Shown here one piece after another: positions 24,063 to 30,056 of a stretch of 30,056 bases of DNA (within the stretch, counting starts at the first letter, position 1; the number at the start of each line of letters is the position of its first letter). This stretch comes from a virus. Taxonomy: Duplodnaviria > Caudoviricetes. The notes under the pieces are model-generated. The model was given only the letters and a program-made list of their open reading frames with translations. It made no database searches and was not told the DNA's origin. The DNA lies in the IMG/VR virus record IMGVR_UViG_3300037785_000025, positions 1-30,056 of that record. One strand, given 5' to 3'. The position numbers and the translations under genes were made by a program.

Positions 24063-24953
24063 TTATTGTCCTTTCTTTGTTACTAGAAACGGCGAGCCAG
24101 TCCCTCTGGCTTGCCTGCTAAACACATGCTGGCCATCAACCAGACCACGCTTAGCAAGTCCCATCTTATCTAACACCTGGCTTTTGACTTTCAACGCCTC
24201 AGCCTTTGCCTCAGATTCTTTTTGTAGGGCGGCGAGCGCCTGAGCGCCAAGGTCACCTAGCTCAACCTCATCATCCTGAATTTCAGGGTGCATCTTTCTC
24301 ACGGTCTCATAGGTGCTCTCTGAGCCATCCCAGTCTGGAGCTTGGTCATTCTCTACTGCCTCCAGGAATCGCTCCACCAGGGCAATGTCAGCCTGTTGCT
24401 GAAAGTGGTCAGCCTCAATCTGAAACTCACGGTAGTCAGAGCCACCAATGAGGACAGCCAGAATAGCTCTCTGGATTCCCAGGGTGCTGAGATACCACTG
24501 GACCTGTGTCAGGTAATACAGCGGCACTCCCTCACTCCAGTCATCTGGAAAGCGGGCTGTTTTGATTTCTATGACCACCAGGTTGCCATGCTCATCAGTT
24601 GCTATGGCATCTGGGTTAGCGATTTGGTAAGGGCGCTCCAGGTTCTGCCAAGTGCCAACCTCAGGGATGACCTCTAGCTCTGGGTGCTCATCAATCAGTT
24701 TGCCCAGGACCACTGCCTCTAAGCGGCGGCCCCATTCCATGGCTGGTGAGTCTGCTATCTCACTGTCAATCTTGCCTGTGTATTTCGCCCAGGCGGTGTA
24801 GGCGCTCTCCCACTTATTCAGGCCAGCAATAGTCCCAACTTGGGACCCGCCAATGCCCTGATTGCGTAGCTGATGCCACTCTGGTGAACCACTCTCAAAG
24901 GTTCCCAGATGTTGCGCTATCTCAATTTGTTCTAACGGTTCAAGGTGTGTCAT
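24063..24953 (-). CDS. yqaJ: YqaJ-like viral recombination exonuclease
   Basis: EWHQLRNQGIGGS, WGRRLE, ANPD, IEIKT and YYLTQVQWY motifs; leaderless start MTHLEP at 24953. Confidence 0.93.
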   Translation of the reverse strand: MTHLEPLEQIEIAQHLGTFESGSPEWHQLRNQGIGGSQVGTIAGLNKWESAYTAWAKYTGKIDSEIADSPAMEWGRRLEAVVLGKLIDEHPELEVIPEVGTWQNLERPYQIANPDAIATDEHGNLVVIEIKTARFPDDWSEGVPLYYLTQVQWYLSTLGIQRAILAVLIGGSDYREFQIEADHFQQQADIALVERFLEAVENDQAPDWDGSESTYETVRKMHPEIQDDEVELGDLGAQALAALQKESEAKAEALKVKSQVLDKMGLAKRGLVDGQHVFSRQARGTGSPFLVTKKGQ

Positions 24954-24993
24954 AATGAGCACCTTATACCACGGAAAGGACATTGTGCAATGT
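24927..24993. promoter_or_regulatory. Overlapping divergent promoters
   Basis: - strand TTGCAC-18-TAAGGT-7-ATG(24953); + strand TTGTTC-18-CATAAT; dyad ACATTG-TG-CAATGT at 24980-24993. Confidence 0.6.
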
Positions 24994-25178
24994 TATACAA
25001 AAGGGATGATGACATTTGGGAGATGGAGTGCGACAGGTGCAAAATGAGACTTACAGAGGTCATAGCGGGTGACATGCCCATGGATGCCCCCTCAGCTATG
25101 CGCTATGCCTGGGCCTCTGGTTGGGCAATAACAAACACAGAGAACATCTGTGCGGGGTGCTCCAATGTTTCAAAGTAG
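24990..25178 (+). CDS. Small CxxC...CxxC Zn-finger protein, 62 aa
   Basis: Start MLYKRDD at 24990 after GAAAGGACA; CDRC...GW...CAGC. Confidence 0.75.
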   Translation: MLYKRDDDIWEMECDRCKMRLTEVIAGDMPMDAPSAMRYAWASGWAITNTENICAGCSNVSK

Positions 25179-25461
25179 GCTGGCCAAGCAAAAGTGGGAT
25201 GAGCTGAATGATGCCATTGATGATGCCAAGGTCAGAATTTCATGTAGGGAATCAGACCCTGATGCTTGGTTTCCTGATGAGGAAAATCCCCTGGGAAATA
25301 AATACACCATGGCAAAGCGCCTATGCGGTAAGTGCCCAGTCAGGGACCTCTGTTTAGAGTTTGCGCTGGTCAATGAGGAACAGCATGGTTTGTGGGGTGG
25401 CATGACCCACAGGGAAAGACAGAAACTTAGGGCCAGAGGTAGAGGCCGCCCCAGGGCATAA
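25165..25461 (+). CDS. whiB: WhiB-family Fe-S transcription factor with a C-terminal AT-hook
   Basis: C-x-DPDAWFP..AKRLCGKCPVRDLC..GLWGGMT..ER; tail RGRGRPR; start MFQSRL at 25165. Confidence 0.95.
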   Translation: MFQSRLAKQKWDELNDAIDDAKVRISCRESDPDAWFPDEENPLGNKYTMAKRLCGKCPVRDLCLEFALVNEEQHGLWGGMTHRERQKLRARGRGRPRA

Positions 25462-25500
25462 AAAAAAGACCCCCCAGCCGTAGCCAGGGGGATTCTTTTT
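25460..25500 (-). terminator. Intrinsic terminator between convergent whiB and holin genes (probably bidirectional)
   Basis: - strand CCCCCTGGC-TACG-GCTGGGGGG-TC-T8 (cUACGg loop); T tract on the + side as well. Confidence 0.85.
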
Positions 25501-25510
25501 GTCTGTGGTC

Positions 25511-25705
25511 TTACTTGGACTTAGCCACAATGCTAGTCAGGATTGAGAGGACAGCGGCTCCAGCGGAAACGCTACTCACGCCAACCCAGTCAATGTCCAG
25601 CACACCAATAGTGCCTCCACCCAGGGTGGCAATAGCGGTCTGTGCAAAGGTTTTGATAGCCCGCTCTCCAGCGTAGCTCCAGAACTCACGGCTCAGGATA
25701 GTCAT
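25511..25705 (-). CDS. Holin (r1t-like)
   Basis: FWSYAGERAIKTFAQT..IDW..LSILTSI. Confidence 0.88.
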   Translation of the reverse strand: MTILSREFWSYAGERAIKTFAQTAIATLGGGTIGVLDIDWVGVSSVSAGAAVLSILTSIVAKSK

Positions 25706-26006
25706 GTTTTTCCAATCTGTTTCTTTTTACATCTTCATAGGTTGCGCTGGCTGTATAGGCCGTCACAATGATGGTCAGTAGCGCTATGCCACCAGTCACC
25801 AGGTTGTTGCTTACTCCAGTGTCCCAGAAAAAGGTCACTGCGCCAAAGACTATCATGGCCACGCTCAGGCGGTAAGCGCCATAGATTAGCCGCCGCCTAA
25901 ACTTCCAGTTGTCTGAGCGGGCCTTAGACTCGCCGCCCAAAAAGAAAGCACCGTCAATAAGGGACTTAGCCCAGCGCTTTATAGTGGCCGTTTGCAAGTA
26001 GGACAT
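25686..26006 (-). CDS. Two-TM membrane protein, holin-like
   Basis: WKFRRR followed by two hydrophobic helices; between endolysin and holin. Confidence 0.65.
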   Translation of the reverse strand: MSYLQTATIKRWAKSLIDGAFFLGGESKARSDNWKFRRRLIYGAYRLSVAMIVFGAVTFFWDTGVSNNLVTGGIALLTIIVTAYTASATYEDVKRNRLEKHDYPEP

Positions 26007-26530
26007 GAGACTACTTTCTTGGCTTTTTCTTTCCTGGTTTCTTTTTGTCTTTGTATGCCATCTGTCTGCCTATCTATGAACTTGGCAATGTCATAAACTC
26101 TGCCATAAAACGGGGACTTTTTAGATGTGCCTAGCGTGAGATGGAGGTGAGCTCCACGGCTACAACGGCCTGTGTTACCCACTCGCCCAGCTGGGTCACC
26201 CATCTTTAGCTGGTCACCTGGCTTTAGCCTTACCATGCAAGTAGAGCCGTCAGGATGGTCCACAGGGCCTTTACAGTCAATGCCATGCTTGGCACAGCTA
26301 AGGTGGCAATAGCCAATGTAGTGCTTGCCTGTAGATGCTTTCTGAATCATCACCCAGCCCAAACAGTTGGACCAGGTGACATCCACACACTCACCGTCAG
26401 TGACAGCGGGGATGAGCTCTTTAGGACCTGGCGCATAATCTGTCCCACGGTGTGGAGATGTGCGCCTCACCATGGTTCCAAACTTGCTGGTGATGGTGTT
26501 TTTAGGGAAAGGGTGTTGCCAATTAGCCAA
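25979..26530 (-). CDS. Endolysin, M23 metallopeptidase
   Basis: ITSKFG, HRGTDY, GNTG and HLH motifs; Cys-rich insert; C-terminal CPTC. Confidence 0.9.
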   Translation of the reverse strand: MANWQHPFPKNTITSKFGTMVRRTSPHRGTDYAPGPKELIPAVTDGECVDVTWSNCLGWVMIQKASTGKHYIGYCHLSCAKHGIDCKGPVDHPDGSTCMVRLKPGDQLKMGDPAGRVGNTGRCSRGAHLHLTLGTSKKSPFYGRVYDIAKFIDRQTDGIQRQKETRKEKAKKVVSCPTCKRPL

Positions 26531-26768
26531 GGCGAACTACTCTGCCTGGAGTAACTGTGCCATTGAGATTGGCAAGTGTCTTGGCATAGTCAGCACGGCT
26601 TACATCAGCTGGCTTGAACTTTTCAGCCACTGTAAGGATGTTCTCTCCATCCTTGACCAGATAGGTCAGTGGCAATTCCACTGTCTCTAGTGTGGGTTCA
26701 GTGACATCTTCCATCAGGTCATCAACCATTTCAGGCTCATGTGACTTGGAGCGTTTTTTACTCGCCAT
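26523..26768 (-). CDS. Stand-alone LysM-like domain protein
   Basis: TYLVKDGENILTVAEKF...LANLNG..TPGRVVRL fits the LysM pattern; acidic N-terminal linker. Confidence 0.65.
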   Translation of the reverse strand: MASKKRSKSHEPEMVDDLMEDVTEPTLETVELPLTYLVKDGENILTVAEKFKPADVSRADYAKTLANLNGTVTPGRVVRLG

Positions 26769-26949
26769 TATTATTCCTATTCTCCCAATCGCCGCCAGGG
26801 GCTAGGTTCTCAGCACGGCTCACAGCAACCATCTGAGCTATTGCATCAGACTTTAGCCTGTGACATGCCAGGGTCTCGCCATCTTCCTTGACCACGGCCC
26901 ACCTGGGGCAACCAGTTAGGTCTGTGTCGTTGGAAATGTAGTAAGGCAT
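26758..26949 (-). CDS. Small conserved aquatic-phage domain protein (MPYYI..C..WAVVKEDGE..CH..A..QMVA)
   Basis: True start at 26949 (TGATG coupling); 63 aa. Confidence 0.72.
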   Translation of the reverse strand: MPYYISNDTDLTGCPRWAVVKEDGETLACHRLKSDAIAQMVAVSRAENLAPGGDWENRNNNGE

Positions 26950-27176
26950 CAGGTTCCTAAAGCGGTAGTAACAAACGCCACCACTAATGCGGTAGCGCTT
27001 GCACTGGCCAGAGCTGTAATCCAGGCGGTCTGCCACCTGGCTTTCTCTAGCTCCCTGATTCTTTCCTCATGGTCCTGGACCATTTTGATGGTGGCCTTAA
27101 TTTCAGCCATGTCCTGAACCAGGGCCCAGAGTAGCTGTGACTGAGTGCTTTTCTGGGTGACTGGCTGGTCAGTCAT
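26949..27176 (-). CDS. Coiled-coil protein with a C-terminal TM helix (lysis-associated)
   Basis: DHEERIRELEKARW followed by a hydrophobic helix. Confidence 0.7.
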   Translation of the reverse strand: MTDQPVTQKSTQSQLLWALVQDMAEIKATIKMVQDHEERIRELEKARWQTAWITALASASATALVVAFVTTALGT

Positions 27177-27448
27177 TACTTGACCTCTACAACCTTGACT
27201 ACTGCTCCAACTGTGTCAGAGATAGCGTAAAGCACATCATCTGATTTCAGTTCAAATACAGCGTTGTTGGTTTCACTTAGCAAGATGCCAGTGGCGGCTG
27301 AAACATCAGCCCCGCCCACATAGGTTGCGGCTCCCTCAGTGCCTGACTGGCAATAGACATAGCGCTCATAGTCATAAGTGCCTGCCGTTGCCGCTGATAC
27401 TGGGGTAATTGATGTTCCTACAGTTACGCCTGTGCTTACTACAGCCAT
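27176..27448 (-). CDS. Small beta-rich protein, possibly virion-associated
   Basis: 90 aa; YVGGADVSAATGILL..DVLYAIS; coupled starts and stops. Confidence 0.6.
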   Translation of the reverse strand: MAVVSTGVTVGTSITPVSAATAGTYDYERYVYCQSGTEGAATYVGGADVSAATGILLSETNNAVFELKSDDVLYAISDTVGAVVKVVEVK

Positions 27449-27690
27449 TATCCACCCACAATCGCTAGGGCTTCATCCTGGGTAAGACCAAGGGCCTCTA
27501 ATTTTGCTAGTGCTGATGCCTTTGCATCTGCCCTAGCCTGTTCCTCAGCCTCACGCTGAGCCTGTTCCTCAGCCGCCTGAATCTCCATTGCCTCAATTTC
27601 TGCAATTTCCTCAGCGGTTAGGGGAATGATTGATTCTCGCTGGCCTTTTGGCTTTGACAAATCAATCACTGTCTTTACTAATTTATCCAT
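27448..27690 (-). CDS. Small helical protein after the tail-tip genes (possible fibre chaperone)
   Basis: PLTAEEIA...KASALAKLEALGLT. Confidence 0.6.
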   Translation of the reverse strand: MDKLVKTVIDLSKPKGQRESIIPLTAEEIAEIEAMEIQAAEEQAQREAEEQARADAKASALAKLEALGLTQDEALAIVGG

Positions 27691-27712
27691 GATTTTTTCT
27701 ACCTTTTCTTGC

Positions 27713-28195
27713 TTAGGAGATTTTGTATAGGGACACTATTGACCCAGCTGTCATTGTTTGCAAAACATCAATTCTATTTATTGCGGCGGTGTTTTGCCAA
27801 ACAGCGGCTCTTTGAATTTGGTAAGCGGTTGAGGCATTAGTTTCTGAAACGGCATTTATAGAGACTGTTTTATGTTGTGCTCTGGTGTAATCAGAAATGT
27901 ATAATTCAGCATTTCCAAATGTGTTAGCGGTGTAACTATTGCTTGATGTAAGCCATTTCATTGCGCTGTCAGAATCATCAATTGATTCTACAAATCCCCC
28001 ATTGCCCCTATAACTGATGGCATTATAGGCTCCAGAAGTTGCATCTGCATTGAATCTAATTTCTTGCTGGATGCCGCTAGAATCTCGTCTGTCATTGACT
28101 ATTAGCAATAAATCTTTGCCGTCCTGTGGGATGTTTATTATTGATGCTGTGCCACTAGCGCTAAGTTCTACTGTTTCAATTAGTTCAATTGCCAT
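27713..28195 (-). CDS. Tail-tip paralogue 3
   Basis: IETVEL..IPQDGKDL..RFN.D..Y..W.NTAAI..SLY, pattern shared with the two upstream genes. Confidence 0.65.
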   Translation of the reverse strand: MAIELIETVELSASGTASIINIPQDGKDLLLIVNDRRDSSGIQQEIRFNADATSGAYNAISYRGNGGFVESIDDSDSAMKWLTSSNSYTANTFGNAELYISDYTRAQHKTVSINAVSETNASTAYQIQRAAVWQNTAAINRIDVLQTMTAGSIVSLYKIS

Positions 28196-28695
28196 TATGC
28201 TACCACCCCAAAAATTTTAAATGTGCTATCAGCCGCAAAATTTGTTCCCTCTGCTGTAAATTCCAGCTGGGTAATGGCAGAGTTGCTAGTCCATTTTCCA
28301 ATGCCAAAGCTTGCAAACCTGCTTTCATCATTGCCTCTAAAAAGAACATGCTTGGGCCTATCAGTTCTTTTGTAGTCAAAAAATTGCCAGATAAAAATAG
28401 AATCAAAAGAATCATCAAACTGGCCGCCATTGTCAAAATTCATGGAAGTAGTTTGGAACACATTGCTATCAACATTTGAGCCGTAACCTCTACCAAATGT
28501 CATTTGATAACTTGAACCAGTATCACCATTTATGCGACACCATAAGTATCTAACAGTTGCTATAGAAAGCTTTGGGCTAATTACGACAATAAGGTCTTGA
28601 TAGTCATAACTACCTAAGCCGCTAAAAGTTACACCTGTAGATGTGCCTGTCAGCGTTACAGAATCAATCAAATCATAAGTTGGTGTAGCCATCAT
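28195..28695 (-). CDS. Tail-tip paralogue 2
   Basis: YDLIDSVTL..F..YQDL..RINGDTGSSY..W.SNSAIT..FKIFG. Confidence 0.65.
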   Translation of the reverse strand: MMATPTYDLIDSVTLTGTSTGVTFSGLGSYDYQDLIVVISPKLSIATVRYLWCRINGDTGSSYQMTFGRGYGSNVDSNVFQTTSMNFDNGGQFDDSFDSIFIWQFFDYKRTDRPKHVLFRGNDESRFASFGIGKWTSNSAITQLEFTAEGTNFAADSTFKIFGVVA

Positions 28696-29273
28696 GCCCT
28701 CCCGTATAAAGAAAATCGTGACCCAGCCGCCGCGCTAAGGATAGAAATAGTTGTCACAGGGTTTGTGTTATACCAGGCGGCGCTTCCAAAGTGAACTCTG
28801 GCATAGGGGGGCGTTGCGCCAATTATTCTTTCATCAAAGCCGCTGAAATACCTTAGAGTTTTGTTTTTTGAATTAGACAGTGCATCTGCAATGTCAATGA
28901 CTATCGGTGAAAAAAGGTTTGCGGTAGCACCGCCATCATAGGCTGTGCCAAGAAATACATAACTGGATGAAGATGCTGCCCCTGAGGTATTTTCAGTTGT
29001 TCCACCAAATTTACCAGTTCTCATGTAATGCCATGAGTAATTATTTCCGCTATCGTTATTCACTCTAAGTGCGGGTGATGTGGTAATAGAACCACCAGGG
29101 CCCCTAATTGTGCCCCTAATTTGAAAATGATTATAACCAGAGTAACTATCAAGCCCTGTGAAATCTATGCTTCCACTGCTTGATAGGGTAATGCTTTCCA
29201 AAAAGTCATAACCACCACCCACTGCCCCACCAGCCGCCTGGCTTTGTAGGATTCCTAAAAGTGTAAAGCTCAT
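28692..29273 (-). CDS. Tail-tip paralogue 1
   Basis: LGILQSQ..YDFLESITL..IDF..Y.HFQIR..RVNNDSGNNY..WYNTNPVT..FSLYG. Confidence 0.65.
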   Translation of the reverse strand: MSFTLLGILQSQAAGGAVGGGYDFLESITLSSSGSIDFTGLDSYSGYNHFQIRGTIRGPGGSITTSPALRVNNDSGNNYSWHYMRTGKFGGTTENTSGAASSSSYVFLGTAYDGGATANLFSPIVIDIADALSNSKNKTLRYFSGFDERIIGATPPYARVHFGSAAWYNTNPVTTISILSAAAGSRFSLYGRA

Positions 29274-30056
29274 TAGACCACCGCCACATTTCCGATTAGT
29301 AGATAGCTGTCAGTTGCCACACAAAGCAGAGTTGCCGCTGAGTATTGCAAGCCAATTGTAAAGCTACCTGATGTTGTTGAAGTTTCTGCTCCAGCGACAG
29401 TTGCGCCGCTGGCCAAAACTGTCAGCTCACTTGAGCCCTCTGCAATGATGTCCACCCTGGCTCCAACTGTAAAATCTGTGCTGGCATCTACTGTGACTAC
29501 TGTAGCAGAGCCGCTGGTAAACCTGATGGTCTTACCCATGTCGCTAGAGGTTAGTGTCCTGGCTGTGGTTGCATCTGTGACAAAGCTGGCCAATGGGTTA
29601 GAGATGCTAGCCGTGATGTCTGCCAGGTCACTTACTAGGTCAGTCACATTGCTCTGGCCAATAGTAGCCGTGTCAATGTTATTGATGATTCTGTCACCGT
29701 CAATGGTGGCAACAGTAATCTCACCAGTAATCTGTGAGCCATTCAGAGTCCCAGTTAGTGTCTCAATGTAAGTCCTGGAGTCAGTGACCTTACCTGCCGC
29801 AATGGTAGTAGCGGCGGCATCAATCAAGACCTCTGCCAGCTTGACCTGGTAAACACCAGCATCAGTCTGAACTAGTGGCTGAGGCGCTGGGGCAACCGCT
29901 GGGCTACCCGCAATTACCTTTAGCACAATGCTGTTAGCTGAGGGGTCTAGCTCCAACACCACAGTGTCAATGCGTGGATTGGTTAGGTCAGCCGCCGTAA
30001 CCGTCAGAGTTTCCTGAGCGGTGTTCTGGTAGTAGTGACCACGGACCAAAGCCTGG
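29273..30056 (-). CDS. 3' part of the junction-spanning minor tail / fibre-base protein (start at 183)
   Basis: NPRIDTVVL..LAEVLI..VTDSR N-terminal region and RTLTSSDMGK..QYSAATL..LIGN C-terminal domain. Confidence 0.8.
   Translation of the reverse strand, partial: QALVRGHYYQNTAQETLTVTAADLTNPRIDTVVLELDPSANSIVLKVIAGSPAVAPAPQPLVQTDAGVYQVKLAEVLIDAAATTIAAGKVTDSRTYIETLTGTLNGSQITGEITVATIDGDRIINNIDTATIGQSNVTDLVSDLADITASISNPLASFVTDATTARTLTSSDMGKTIRFTSGSATVVTVDASTDFTVGARVDIIAEGSSELTVLASGATVAGAETSTTSGSFTIGLQYSAATLLCVATDSYLLIGNVAVV

Noticed and set aside
634-24677. Numerous + strand ORFs of 63-145 aa in the ORF track (e.g. 3492-3929, 14350-14730, 20312-20746, 24342-24677)
   Set aside because: Antisense shadows of well-supported - strand genes, with no recognisable motifs
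19447-24990. TTGCAC and AAGGACATT shared between promoter regions as a dedicated operator
   Set aside because: TTGCAC also occurs within coding regions (e.g. near 14004, 16577, 17523, 25642), and AAGGACATT at 24976 is explained by the RBS motif; too short to support
29101-29121. CCCCTAATT direct repeat
   Set aside because: Two copies only, encoding IRG-T-IRG in protein; likely chance or a local duplication
27713-29273. Diversity-generating retroelement acting on the tail-tip paralogues
   Set aside because: No reverse transcriptase gene and no near-identical TR/VR pair seen; similarity is only at protein-motif level
30032-30056. Terminal 25-bp repeat as a biological direct terminal repeat or att site
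   Set aside because: It falls inside a coding sequence that reads through the join; this is typical of a k-mer overlap from circular assembly
1-30056. tRNA genes, alternative genetic code, introns or inteins
   Set aside because: No cloverleaf seen in the few intergenic gaps; genes are full length and tightly coupled under the standard code; TerL and DnaB are of normal size

Overview
The window is a complete, circularly permuted siphovirus genome of 30,031 bp; positions 1-25 duplicate 30032-30056 and one tail gene reads through the junction. A WhiB gene, actinophage-style morphogenesis genes, an r1t-type holin and leaderless TAnnnT promoters point to an actinobacterial host; a freshwater Microbacteriaceae host is my inference. 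Almost all genes are on the - strand. The early region has a YqaJ exonuclease and annealase, an initiator with internal iterons, DnaB, SSB, RusA, NrdH and small Zn-finger genes. It is followed by a metallophosphoesterase, HNH, a G-rich putative cos region, a stand-alone Zn-finger/prim-pol gene, and then the terminase, head, tail and lysis modules. Only a Zn-finger gene and whiB, and possibly one sRNA, are on the + strand. I found no integrase, cI-like repressor, methyltransferase, tRNA or CRISPR array. The most interesting signals are: (1) a candidate ~100-nt + strand sRNA carrying an anti-Shine-Dalgarno tract and a loop-displayed seed complementary to an AAAGGACA motif at the starts of at least six early genes; (2) near-total avoidance of 8 of the 16 palindromic tetramers; (3) a truncated prim-pol next to the putative cos and G-quadruplex tract; (4) a 16-bp exact repeat and boxB-like hairpins at late-gene ribosome-binding sites. 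All calls come from motif reading by eye; no database searches were run.
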